Below, one piece after another: positions 9,478 through 18,964 of a stretch of 62,078 nt of DNA. Position 1 is the first letter of the stretch. Each line of letters starts with the position of its first letter. The position numbers were made by a program, and so were the translations under genes. The notes below the pieces were generated by a model. The model did no database searches and was not told where the DNA came from. It saw only the letters and a program-made list of their open reading frames with translations. This stretch comes from a virus (Duplodnaviria > Caudoviricetes): positions 1 through 62,078 of IMG/VR virus record IMGVR_UViG_3300034104_006372, one strand, 5' to 3'.

Positions 9478-10089
9478 TTAAAATATTGGGCAACTGCCTT
9501 TAGAGCAGAGTATTTCGTGTATAATGCTATTTACTTTATTGTAGTTTGCAGTAGGATATTCTTTACCTTCTCGCAATACTGACATAAATGAGCCTGGATT
9601 GGATGGGGTAGAAACAAAATCCCAACATAGTAATTCGAAATCATCTTGTACTTCCATTACATTACCTCTTTGCTCTAATGAACCCATTCCTCGGGAAGAT
9701 ACACCTACAGTGATGTTGTTATGGATTAATGCTTGTAAAATTTGACCAGATGGAGTATCAAGTATTTCAATTTTACCCATTACATTATCTCCATCCCACC
9801 AGTAATCGGAAATGATGTGAGATACATTTTTTAGGTTAATAATTTGGGATTCAGGGTGGTCTAATTCACCTATAGCACGTCTTTGTTTGATTTGCTCGGA
9901 ATATTTTTTCATTTCACGATCCCACAGATCACGAGCATAATATCTACCATTACCATTTTTAACCTCAGCTGTAGCTAGTATACCTACTACTATTAGAGGT
10001 TTCTTTACCCCACCAACATTTTCAGTTAGTGGGGCAGCAGAAATTTTAATAGGATGGGTTTCTATAAGTAATTGCTTATTCATTATCAA
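9478..10089 (-). CDS. prohead core protease (T4 gp21-like)
   Basis: NGNGRYY, GELDHP, GVSSRGMGS, WDFVSTPS motifs. Confidence 0.92.
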   Translation of the reverse strand: MIMNKQLLIETHPIKISAAPLTENVGGVKKPLIVVGILATAEVKNGNGRYYARDLWDREMKKYSEQIKQRRAIGELDHPESQIINLKNVSHIISDYWWDGDNVMGKIEILDTPSGQILQALIHNNITVGVSSRGMGSLEQRGNVMEVQDDFELLCWDFVSTPSNPGSFMSVLREGKEYPTANYNKVNSIIHEILCSKGSCPIF

Positions 10090-11548
10090 ATGAGGATTCG
10101 TCTACCATTTCTTTGGTATATTTTTTACCACCAGTCATTTTTCCGTACATAGCCTCCATCTTAGCTTTAGTTTTTTCTAAGATTTTGATTTCTTTTTGCA
10201 TTTCTTTTACTTTAACTTTATCTACTAATTCAGCTAGATTAGCATCTTCTTGGATCATGCTTAATCTTTCCATTTTAGCAGAAATCATTTCGCTAACTCT
10301 ATCTAATTTAGCTTCCATAGCAACGATTCCAGCTTGGGTATCGATTTCGGCTAGGTCAGCATCTAAAGATTCTTTTTTAACTTTCTTTTTTTCGGGTTTT
10401 GGTTCAGCTTCTTCAACATTTTCAACTTCAGCTGTTATTTCTACTTCTTCACCAATTGCATTTTCGTTAATAGATTGGATTTTAGTTTCTAGATCGCCAA
10501 TTGAGTTTTCTAAATCATCTAATTGTTCTTGATACCAATCACCTGATGCAGCAAATTCTAGATCTGTTTCTTTTTCCATAGCAGAAATCAAATCAAAATA
10601 TGCCTTTTTAAGCATGTTTAACTTTTGTGTTAAAGTTTGCTTCTTATTAATTACTTTTTGATCAGGAGCAACACCTGCTTTTTTCTGCATTTGAAGCATT
10701 CTGAGTTGAGCCATTTTCTCTTCAAAGTCAGAATCTTCACTTAAACTTTTGCCTCCTTTACCTTTAATTATCTGGTTAGCTGCTGCTTGCAATTCTGCAT
10801 CGTGTTTTTTAAACCATTGAACTACATCTTCGTTTTTCTTCATAGCAACTCTTCTTTGAGCACCACTGTCTATATAATCAGTGTCAAAATCGTACCATCT
10901 CATTATTTTTACAGCTAAATCTTCAGCAGAAGTAGAAAGTGGGTTTGTAATTTCTTCTTTTACCAAAGATTCTTTAACCATTTTCTTTAGCTTATCAGAA
11001 TAGCCAGATGAAGCATATTTTCCAGATACCTCTTCCATTTTTGTTTCTTGATATCCTAATCCTTTAACACCAAATGCAGCATTTTTCATATAGTACTGTC
11101 CGTCTTTAGCTAAGTTTTTTTCTACAATTTTACGAAGCTCGTCTAATGTTTTGTCTGGGTTTTCTCTGCCTTCAAAATATAGACCATTCAATACTTCTTG
11201 ACCAATTTGGTTGTCAAGATTAGTTTTGTTTTTATAGTCGTAGTTATGATCTTGAATGTCTTCTACTTCTTTGGTTGTTTTTTTCTCTACTGCTTTAGCT
11301 TCTTCAGCTAAAAATTGAGCGAATTTATTTTCCCAAGCTGTTTTTGGAGAAGCCTCAATTGTATTGATTGGTTTTAAATCAACATAATTTTCGGAAATCA
11401 CACCACGTGTTTTTAACATTTTAGATGCTTCTTCAAATCCCATTGGATTTGTTAGCATGTTAGGGAATTGCTTTTTAGCCTCAGTAAGGAATATACCCTT
11501 GTGACCTTTTCCCTCTTTAATCAAATTGTATTGTTCTTGTAGAGTCAT
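10076..11548 (-). CDS. acidic head-core/internal protein
   Basis: In the head operon; E/K-rich; many [ILV]-x-E sites. Confidence 0.6.
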   Translation of the reverse strand: MTLQEQYNLIKEGKGHKGIFLTEAKKQFPNMLTNPMGFEEASKMLKTRGVISENYVDLKPINTIEASPKTAWENKFAQFLAEEAKAVEKKTTKEVEDIQDHNYDYKNKTNLDNQIGQEVLNGLYFEGRENPDKTLDELRKIVEKNLAKDGQYYMKNAAFGVKGLGYQETKMEEVSGKYASSGYSDKLKKMVKESLVKEEITNPLSTSAEDLAVKIMRWYDFDTDYIDSGAQRRVAMKKNEDVVQWFKKHDAELQAAANQIIKGKGGKSLSEDSDFEEKMAQLRMLQMQKKAGVAPDQKVINKKQTLTQKLNMLKKAYFDLISAMEKETDLEFAASGDWYQEQLDDLENSIGDLETKIQSINENAIGEEVEITAEVENVEEAEPKPEKKKVKKESLDADLAEIDTQAGIVAMEAKLDRVSEMISAKMERLSMIQEDANLAELVDKVKVKEMQKEIKILEKTKAKMEAMYGKMTGGKKYTKEMVDESSFDNE

Positions 11549-11793
11549 TATTCTTCTCCTTTTAGTAAAATTTCTATATCGTTTATGTAATCGTTAATTA
11601 AATCCGTTCCTTTTACTACTGTATAACTGGTTGGGTTTTCTCTATAGTATGCTATAGTTTCAATTTTACCTTGTCGCAGTAGTTTTTTTATGTCTTCAAG
11701 TCTAGCTTCTATAGAATCAAATGCCATGATGCGTTGATTATGGAATTTTTTTAAGGTTTCATCCTCTTGTTCTTTAATTCTATACTTATACAT
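11548..11793 (-). CDS. small head-associated hypothetical protein
   Basis: ORF translationally coupled to the next gene. Confidence 0.65.
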   Translation of the reverse strand: MYKYRIKEQEDETLKKFHNQRIMAFDSIEARLEDIKKLLRQGKIETIAYYRENPTSYTVVKGTDLINDYINDIEILLKGEE

Positions 11794-11794
11794 A

Positions 11795-12100
11795 TTAAAA
11801 TAAGTTTTTAACTTCTAGACCAGAGCCTTTCTGCACATAGTTTCCTTTTTTATCTTTAGGAACCAGCTTGTATTGGAATTTCTTAACGTAGTAGTTATCT
11901 TTAACACCTTCGGGTCCTGCTTTAGGGCCTGGTCCTAAAGTAGCACCTACATTTTCTTCAACAGGTGTATATCCTAGTTTTTTTAGCTCTTTGGGCATTT
12001 TAACTTTTTTAGCAAATGCGTATTTAGTTAAATAACCACCTGCTCCACCCGAGGTGGACATTTCTTTTAGCTTATCGGATATTTTATATTTGTACCCCAT
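11795..12100 (-). CDS. small head-associated hypothetical protein
   Basis: ORF; LKEMSTSGGAGGY segment. Confidence 0.65.
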   Translation of the reverse strand: MGYKYKISDKLKEMSTSGGAGGYLTKYAFAKKVKMPKELKKLGYTPVEENVGATLGPGPKAGPEGVKDNYYVKKFQYKLVPKDKKGNYVQKGSGLEVKNLF

Positions 12101-12953
12101 TTGCTTTTCTAATTTCTTGAACTAGTTCATAGTATTGCATTAAATCCACTAAATGATCATCATTAACTTTAGCAGTTTTGTCAAGCTCAACTAAATGTTT
12201 AGCTATTTCTTCAACTTTAATTTTGGTAGCTGGATCTTGGATTGTTTTAATGCTCTTGCTTAAATGTTCTTTTAGTTCAGCAATTTTAGTGTTGTAAAAT
12301 TCTCTTAAATGTGGGGCAGAGTCTACAGAATTGATAAATTCTTTTAAGATTTGTTTTTGTTCAATAGAAATAGAATCATATTTCTCGTTGAATTTCTCTA
12401 AAAGAATCTTGTATGTGAGAATTCTTAAATCTTTGTCGTATGCTTGAAATTCTTGTATTACGTTTTCTTTTGAATCTTGTGATTTAAGTTCCTGCTTGGT
12501 TAAAAATTCTAATAATGTAATTTTACAATCAACCATTTGAGCAGGAGCAACATAAGAAGCACCACTTACACCTTCAATCAACATATACAAAGAAGCTAGT
12601 TCTTTATAATTTTTAATTTTAATGTTAAAAAATGTATCTAAATCGTAGTGGGATTTAATTTCTTTGATTAGATTGTATTTCTGTCTCTTTAAAGTACTTT
12701 TATTTAAGTTAACAGAAGATTCTAAAATGGTACTAACGACAGTATTTGCTCTGCTTTCGTTTAATACTTTAGATTTTAGAATAGATTCATATAGTTTATA
12801 TTCTCTACCTAGTTCACTTTTGACAAAATATTTTTTCATAATGTCAATAGCGGGTGAATCTACTCCTTTTAAGGTATCTATAGTTACCTGTCTAACAAGT
12901 AACTCAAATAATATACCCGTGTTTTTGTATTTGCTGTGCTTGATTTTCATCAA
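12084..12953 (-). CDS. hypothetical head-module protein
   Basis: Helical ORF directly downstream of the portal gene, with a late motif. Confidence 0.7.
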   Translation of the reverse strand: MMKIKHSKYKNTGILFELLVRQVTIDTLKGVDSPAIDIMKKYFVKSELGREYKLYESILKSKVLNESRANTVVSTILESSVNLNKSTLKRQKYNLIKEIKSHYDLDTFFNIKIKNYKELASLYMLIEGVSGASYVAPAQMVDCKITLLEFLTKQELKSQDSKENVIQEFQAYDKDLRILTYKILLEKFNEKYDSISIEQKQILKEFINSVDSAPHLREFYNTKIAELKEHLSKSIKTIQDPATKIKVEEIAKHLVELDKTAKVNDDHLVDLMQYYELVQEIRKANGVQI

Positions 12954-12968
12954 AGAAATATATTTATT

Positions 12969-12976
12969 TATAAATA
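12969..12976 (-). promoter_or_regulatory. putative late promoter TATTTATA
   Basis: Recurrent motif. Confidence 0.65.
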
Positions 12977-12987
12977 TTAAAGAAATC

Positions 12988-14889
12988 TTATCCCCTCAAC
13001 TGATTTTCATCTAGTAACGAAGTATCATCTTTGTCCTGTTCAAATATCAGTTTCTTCTTGTCTATTTTAGAAAACATATCCTTGTTTCTTAAGAAAGCAA
13101 CTTGGGCATTTTCAAGAGCCATACCACTTTTGTTGGTATCTGTTCGGCTGTCTAAAGAATCGTTTTTATCAGTATCTTTCATTCTCTTAACACCCAAACG
13201 ATCTTTACCAAAATTGCTATCTTGTTTTCCAATGTTGGAGATGGAATCTTTTGGTCTACCTAATGTTTCATCCTCATCGTATCCACGTGGAACGTTTTTA
13301 GGATCTGAATCGTTTCTACCTTTACCGTATAATGAAGCTAGGTCATGTGGTGTACCATAAGATTTACCACTTTCAACTGGGTCATTACCTTCGTTTTCAA
13401 TTTGGGTAACTCGGAATTGACGTTTAGCATCTTCTCTAATTAGATCTCTATATTCATCATACTGGTCTTCAGATAAATGGAATATGTTGTCGTAAATCCA
13501 ATCAGTAGGTAATAGTTTCTGGTCTAGCAATGATTGAGCTAAATCAGCTTTAGATTTCATTAATTCAATTTTCTCTTGTTCAAATATAATAGAAGGAGTT
13601 TGCATAGACAACTCAAAGTTTGTCAAAGCCTCATCTCTATATCCTTGAGAATATAAGTGTACTAAAGCAATTTTGTTAAGTTCTGATACTAGGATGCGTT
13701 GAATACGATCAATTGTACGAGCAAATCTAATATCTTCGGCCGCTAATGTTGCTTTACCTTCTATATTTTCGTCATATCCTAAAAATGCTTTAGGTACTTT
13801 AAGGGCAGCAAATAATTTATTTCTTAAATATTCAACATCTTGAATACCATCATAATCTAAACCTTTAGTGGTATCAATTTTAGTTGTTGTATCATTTCCA
13901 CGAATCGGGATATAAAAATCCTCCATCATGTTTTGCATATTGTATTTCAAATTGTAATCTCCGGTTTGCTTATCAACATATGGAGTACGTTTCATGTTTG
14001 AAATAGTTTTTTGCATAAACGCATCTACCTCATTTGGAGGAATAGAACCTACGTTTACATAGAATATACGTTTTTCTGGAGCACGAGCGATTCTATGGAT
14101 TAACATAGCATCTTCCATCAAAGTATATTGCTTAAATAGTTTACGAGCGGGTTCAATATATGAACGACCATATGGAAGATAATTAGTATCTCCAATTAGT
14201 CTAAAGTGGGCCATCTCATAGTTATCAAACATTATACCACCTGTTTGGTCTGTACCTTGCCCTGTAACCGCATATAGTCCAGAATTGGCATTTACTAGGC
14301 CATCAGGATTATATCTAAATTTAACCTCAGATGGATTTTGACGATTAAATCCTTCTAATCTTTCAATATGGAATGCAGTGTATGGAATTACATTATATAC
14401 ACCATATTTTTCTGCTATTTCTAGTTTTAAGAAAAAATCACCATATTTGGACATTTGTCTAACCCAAGCCCACAAATTAAATTCGATGTTTAAAACATCA
14501 TAAAATAAATTATACAGAATTCTTTGAATATTTTCGTTAGAGGAGCGAATAGATAATACTTCGCCCATATCATTTTTCAAAGTACATTCATCAGCTATAA
14601 TATCCAAAGCAGAAGCTATAATAGCATCTTGATCCATTACATCATATTCTGAATATAATTGGGGTCTTAAGTATTTGTAGTTAAAGTTGAATTGGGAACC
14701 ATATAATGAGCTAGGATTAGTAGAATAGATTCTATTGTACCTATCCATAAGAGAATTTGTTTGAATTGCTCCATTGGATTGGATTTGATTAGTATCCATT
14801 ACACTAATTTGATTACCTCCAACATTTCGGATGATTACATCTGTTGAAAATAATCGTTGTAGTCTACTAAATAAGCCGGTGTTTGCCAT
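12988..14889 (-). CDS. portal protein (T4 gp20-like)
   Basis: LMEDAMLIHRIARAPEKRIFYVNVG, MMEDFYIP, KLFAALKVPK, EDIRFAR. Confidence 0.95.
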   Translation of the reverse strand: MANTGLFSRLQRLFSTDVIIRNVGGNQISVMDTNQIQSNGAIQTNSLMDRYNRIYSTNPSSLYGSQFNFNYKYLRPQLYSEYDVMDQDAIIASALDIIADECTLKNDMGEVLSIRSSNENIQRILYNLFYDVLNIEFNLWAWVRQMSKYGDFFLKLEIAEKYGVYNVIPYTAFHIERLEGFNRQNPSEVKFRYNPDGLVNANSGLYAVTGQGTDQTGGIMFDNYEMAHFRLIGDTNYLPYGRSYIEPARKLFKQYTLMEDAMLIHRIARAPEKRIFYVNVGSIPPNEVDAFMQKTISNMKRTPYVDKQTGDYNLKYNMQNMMEDFYIPIRGNDTTTKIDTTKGLDYDGIQDVEYLRNKLFAALKVPKAFLGYDENIEGKATLAAEDIRFARTIDRIQRILVSELNKIALVHLYSQGYRDEALTNFELSMQTPSIIFEQEKIELMKSKADLAQSLLDQKLLPTDWIYDNIFHLSEDQYDEYRDLIREDAKRQFRVTQIENEGNDPVESGKSYGTPHDLASLYGKGRNDSDPKNVPRGYDEDETLGRPKDSISNIGKQDSNFGKDRLGVKRMKDTDKNDSLDSRTDTNKSGMALENAQVAFLRNKDMFSKIDKKKLIFEQDKDDTSLLDENQLRG

Positions 14890-14904
14890 ATTGTTAATTA
14901 TTGT

Positions 14905-14912
14905 TATAAATA
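14905..14912 (-). promoter_or_regulatory. putative late promoter TATTTATA
   Basis: Recurrent motif upstream of the portal gene. Confidence 0.65.
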
Positions 14913-14915
14913 TTG

Positions 14916-16490
14916 TTAAAATAGCCAGCTTATATCTTCTTTCCCACCATGTTGGTTTTCAATATAGTATGGGTTATCATTTTTGTTGGCATAATATGCC
15001 CCTTGATATGAAGTTCTATTAACTGTTATGTTGTTTAATGCGCTGCGTGTTAAATCTAATCCTCTTTGTCTATATTTCAAAGCTGTATCTCGAATATACA
15101 TTGCTATTCCAAAAGCCATTACTAAGTCATCGTTATAGCCTTGTTGTGCTTCTGCTCTACCATTTTTCCAGATAAATACTTTCATTTCCTCTATTAATCT
15201 TTTTGATTGAATAGTTACAGATTTTTCGGAAATATATTCTTGGAACTTACCTACCACCATAGGGCGGGTACGAGCTGACATTGTAAATCCTGCTACTGCT
15301 TTTGACGTATCCATATATTTGTCAAAATACGAATCAGCATTTGACTCGGCACGGGGAGAATAATAGAGATTGGAATAATTTCTATCTATTGCTACTTGTA
15401 TAGTTGCCCACCCAATATTAGCATTTTCTATCACTAGTAATGCTTCATTATATTCTGTAGCTATACCTACTAGCAAATGTCCAAATTCTTTAGTTCCAAT
15501 TTGACCTTTATATTCGGCTACCTGTACGTTCGATTCTACATCTATAACGTGGAATGTAGAGTAATCTTTACCATCACCACGAGCTACGTCAGCTACTACT
15601 ATATAACTTCGAGTATAATCTGGTGATTCCCATACCCACAGATTTTGGTCTGCACCTCGTTTTTCTAGTGGTTCTTTAATGTATGTTTTTTCGTAGTATT
15701 CTAAATATTCATTATAGAACACAATATCCCCAGAGGTAGAAAAATCACAGTCACATTCTTGGGCTGCTAATCTAGGATCACCTAACAGTTCATCTTGTCT
15801 ATCTCTCCATGTTTGGTCTCGTTCTGGATGGACCATCCATGGTAATTTAATAGGAATAAAATCGTTTTCTGCAGATTCTGCTTTAACCCATGTTTGATGG
15901 AACCAGTTACCAGTGCCAAAAGGGGTAGATAATACAATAGCACCACCACCCGTTGCTAGGGTTTGTTGAGCGGAAGCCCATGTTTCACCAATATTTTCGA
16001 TGAAGGCTGCCTCATCTATTATTAGCAAAGATACTGCTTCTGATCGTGCGGAATCGGAATTTGAAGATTTAGCTTGTATTTTAGATCCATTAACTAAATG
16101 TAGTGACAGTTTATTGTTTTCTACTGCATCTACTTTTAACCATGATGGTAAATTTTCCCACATGAATTTTACCTTAGATACTATATTACGAGCGGTTGCT
16201 TGAGTAGTTGCTAGAGCTAGTACGTTTTTATCTTTATGAAAAAGCATTAACCACGTAGCATATCCTGCAGCTAAAGTAGAAATACCTAGCTGACGGGATT
16301 TTAGTAGAATAGTGTAGTCGTGTTTTTTAAATAGGGTAAGTACCTTTTCCTGGAATGGATATAGGTTAAATTGTATTCTACCCCTTTGTGGGTGTTGGAT
16401 ATAACAATATTTGCGCATAAAGTGAACCGGATCTTGGGAACACTTTATATATTCTTGTTTTATTATCTCCTTTATATTAGGATTGGACAT
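14916..16490 (-). CDS. terL: terminase large subunit (T4 gp17-like)
   Basis: KSRQLGIST Walker A, LLIIDEAAF Walker B, ADVARG..DYS and DDLVMA nuclease motifs. Confidence 0.95.
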   Translation of the reverse strand: MSNPNIKEIIKQEYIKCSQDPVHFMRKYCYIQHPQRGRIQFNLYPFQEKVLTLFKKHDYTILLKSRQLGISTLAAGYATWLMLFHKDKNVLALATTQATARNIVSKVKFMWENLPSWLKVDAVENNKLSLHLVNGSKIQAKSSNSDSARSEAVSLLIIDEAAFIENIGETWASAQQTLATGGGAIVLSTPFGTGNWFHQTWVKAESAENDFIPIKLPWMVHPERDQTWRDRQDELLGDPRLAAQECDCDFSTSGDIVFYNEYLEYYEKTYIKEPLEKRGADQNLWVWESPDYTRSYIVVADVARGDGKDYSTFHVIDVESNVQVAEYKGQIGTKEFGHLLVGIATEYNEALLVIENANIGWATIQVAIDRNYSNLYYSPRAESNADSYFDKYMDTSKAVAGFTMSARTRPMVVGKFQEYISEKSVTIQSKRLIEEMKVFIWKNGRAEAQQGYNDDLVMAFGIAMYIRDTALKYRQRGLDLTRSALNNITVNRTSYQGAYYANKNDNPYYIENQHGGKEDISWLF

Positions 16491-16496
16491 ATTATT

Positions 16497-16901
16497 TTAT
16501 TTTAAAATAAATAATACTGCCAATATACCTAAGATTCCTGTACCTGCAACCATTTTTCCTTTTACTTGTTCTTTCTTTAAATCTCGTTGCAATCTACTTG
16601 ATAACTCTTGTGATAAAGCCAATTGTTCAGATCTAGTATCTATAATGGATTTATAGTTGAATATCTGAGTATTTAGATTTGTGATGATGCTATCCTTAAA
16701 TACAATTTTCTGCTCTAGCAATTTAACTTTATCTTGTGTAAGGAATAGTTCTTGTTTTGCCCCATCCCCTACTATAAGATCTTTAATTACTAGACGAGCT
16801 ATTGGCTTTTCTAAGCGAATCAAAGTAATATCGGTAGCGGTTTGTGAAAAACTCTTTGAGCTCATCATCAGTATAGCTATCAACACTACTAACTTTTTCA
16901 T
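16497..16901 (-). CDS. signal peptide + coiled coil + C-terminal TM protein (possible spanin partner)
   Basis: MKKLVVLIAILMMSSKSFSQ signal-like N-terminus; hydrophobic C-terminus; overlaps the upstream gene in another frame. Confidence 0.5.
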   Translation of the reverse strand: MKKLVVLIAILMMSSKSFSQTATDITLIRLEKPIARLVIKDLIVGDGAKQELFLTQDKVKLLEQKIVFKDSIITNLNTQIFNYKSIIDTRSEQLALSQELSSRLQRDLKKEQVKGKMVAGTGILGILAVLFILK

Positions 16902-17151
16902 TAACTTCATTTCTTAAGGTATTTATACTATTATCTTTTAAATCAAGTTCTTGATCCAATTTAGATATTTGTATGTTTAAGGTATCAATTTTCAAAGACA
17001 AATCATCGTTCACATCTTGGAGTGAATCGACCTTTTCATCTAGTTTTTCGATTTTTAAATTATATTCTTCAACGTAATCTTCTTTTTTATTGAAGAAAAA
17101 TAAAATAAAAATACAAACTATTACTACAACTAATATATTAAAATATTTCAC
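16783..17151 (-). CDS. N-terminal TM + coiled-coil protein (i-spanin/Rz-like candidate)
   Basis: Hydrophobic residues ~4-20 followed by a heptad coiled coil. Confidence 0.5.
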   Translation of the reverse strand: MKYFNILVVVIVCIFILFFFNKKEDYVEEYNLKIEKLDEKVDSLQDVNDDLSLKIDTLNIQISKLDQELDLKDNSINTLRNEVNEKVSSVDSYTDDELKEFFTNRYRYYFDSLRKANSSSSN

Positions 17152-17654
17152 TTTTCTTTAGGGAATACAATAGCTTCTAGTTCTTTCTTAAGATCAGTTT
17201 TCTTTCTTAAGTCAGCTAACATTTTTTCTTTTTCAGCTCCTTCAGCTTCTTTATATTTTTTACCTAAAGATTTCATTTCTTTAGTTAATCTAGCTAACTC
17301 ATCTTTTGCTTTAGCTATACCTTTAGTGGTTTTAGCAATATTTTTTAACTCAGATTTAGTTGGTCCTTTATCTTTATCTCCATCTTCATCTTCAACCTTA
17401 TAATAATCATCCTTTACTTCTACATCCTCCTCATCCTTTTTAGCTTCTTTGATTTTTTTAGAACCCATAGCTATACTATTTACATTAGGATCAGATTTTA
17501 GCTTATTGATAGTAGCAGTATCTGTGGGGTCAATATCTAATACCTTATCAGACATTGCTGGATTTTTGTAGTCTATAGTAGTTTTTTGAGGGGCTTCAGA
17601 TAACATTTTAACGATTTGCTCCTTAATGTATTCCTTAAGTTCTGATTTTTTCAT
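17148..17654 (-). CDS. putative internal head protein
   Basis: MKKSELKEYIKEQI..LSE N-terminus; late motif upstream. Confidence 0.6.
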   Translation of the reverse strand: MKKSELKEYIKEQIVKMLSEAPQKTTIDYKNPAMSDKVLDIDPTDTATINKLKSDPNVNSIAMGSKKIKEAKKDEEDVEVKDDYYKVEDEDGDKDKGPTKSELKNIAKTTKGIAKAKDELARLTKEMKSLGKKYKEAEGAEKEKMLADLRKKTDLKKELEAIVFPKEK

Positions 17655-17679
17655 GATGGTATTAATATTTATATTTTGT

Positions 17680-17687
17680 TATAAATA
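17680..17687 (-). promoter_or_regulatory. putative late promoter TATTTATA
   Basis: Recurrent motif. Confidence 0.65.
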
Positions 17688-17689
17688 TA

Positions 17690-18220
17690 TTAGGGATTAA
17701 TAACATTCAGAATCTGCTGTATTCGTTCCTCTGTTGAACCACTGATAGTGTGAGCAGATTTAAGTTTATAAGAATATGATTGCAATAAGTTTTGTATACT
17801 TACATCAATAAGATGTCTATATGTTGAATTAGTTTCACGCACACCATTATCCTCTATTGGTAATCCTTCAGAAGAAATATAAAATATGTAATCATATTCT
17901 CCCAAGAAACTAGATGCATATTGTTCGTATTTATCTTTATCTAAAACATTAATAGATTGAGCATTAGCTGTAAATGCCATAACATCTATAATAGTACGAT
18001 CTGTAATTAGATTATCATGCATTAATTCAGCACAACGTTCCGCCAAAAACACTGTTTGACCTTTTAATGTAGAATCCGTATTTAATGGAATACCTAAATC
18101 TCTTAAATATTTTGAACGTTCAGTAGCAAATTTATATTTTTTAAATTGTGGGAGTTTTTGTAAAGCATTTACCAATGTAGTTTTTCCTACACTCATTGTT
18201 CCTGTCAATCCTATCTTCAT
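17690..18220 (-). CDS. P-loop nucleoside/nucleotide kinase (NadR/Ttd14 AAA_28-like)
   Basis: GTMSVGKTT, ITDRTIID, YDYIFY, EDNGVR motifs. Confidence 0.75.
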   Translation of the reverse strand: MKIGLTGTMSVGKTTLVNALQKLPQFKKYKFATERSKYLRDLGIPLNTDSTLKGQTVFLAERCAELMHDNLITDRTIIDVMAFTANAQSINVLDKDKYEQYASSFLGEYDYIFYISSEGLPIEDNGVRETNSTYRHLIDVSIQNLLQSYSYKLKSAHTISGSTEERIQQILNVINP

Positions 18221-18224
18221 ATTC

Positions 18225-18644
18225 TTATTTGTTTAATAGCCAACTTGATGATTGAACTTTAGCTCCCAATCCATCAATTAATTCTATTTCATTATCAACG
18301 CAAACCTGTGTTTCTGGAATGGTATCATTGTTTTGATCACCCCCATTTGCAAATGCAAGTCTATATTCTCCCCCGTAAATGTCCGAAAGATATTTCAGGG
18401 TAGCACATTGTGTTTTGTCTTTATCTATAGAAATCATACAATTATCTACAATCCTTAAATTACGGATGATCATCAAACGTTCAAGTTCGTCTTGAAATTC
18501 TTTAGATCCCTTTAGTTCCCGTTGGTGATCAGAGTTAATAATCACAAATAGTTTGTGATTATAACCTTTTGCTCTGTGGAAAAGTTCAAGATGACCTTTA
18601 TGGAGCGGGTTAAAATACCCGCTCACTATAACCATTTTTTTCAT
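18225..18644 (-). CDS. HxGH cytidylyl/adenylyltransferase (TagD/RfaE-II-like)
   Basis: SGYFNPLHKGH, NGGD, QSSS motifs. Confidence 0.85.
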   Translation of the reverse strand: MKKMVIVSGYFNPLHKGHLELFHRAKGYNHKLFVIINSDHQRELKGSKEFQDELERLMIIRNLRIVDNCMISIDKDKTQCATLKYLSDIYGGEYRLAFANGGDQNNDTIPETQVCVDNEIELIDGLGAKVQSSSWLLNK

Positions 18645-18648
18645 ACGT

Positions 18649-18912
18649 TTAATTACGATAACCGTCTTCCAATTGGGACTTCATTGATGGATTTTTGTAC
18701 CACGGCAAACCTTCTTGATCTCTATGAGCTTGCTCAAATTGTTCTTTAGTGTACTGGATTCCATGAATATAGTATTCGGCTCGTTTTGTATCGCCTTCAG
18801 GGATTAAAGCAGGACCGTCCCAGTTATGCAATTTACCATCTTTAATGTGAGCGATGGTACCATCAGCTTTCTTTAGTCTTTTAACTACGATTGGTTTTTT
18901 AGTATTGCTCAT
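18649..18912 (-). CDS. hypothetical protein
   Basis: ORF; KLHNWDGPALIP motif. Confidence 0.7.
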   Translation of the reverse strand: MSNTKKPIVVKRLKKADGTIAHIKDGKLHNWDGPALIPEGDTKRAEYYIHGIQYTKEQFEQAHRDQEGLPWYKNPSMKSQLEDGYRN

Positions 18913-18934
18913 AATTCAATATTTTTATCAATGT

Positions 18935-18964
18935 TAAATATACGAACTCTATTTAGGAGTTCAA
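18935..18964 (-). promoter_or_regulatory. host-type (Bacteroidota) promoter TTG-N19-TATATTTA
   Basis: Matches the recurrent -33/-7-like element. Confidence 0.5.
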
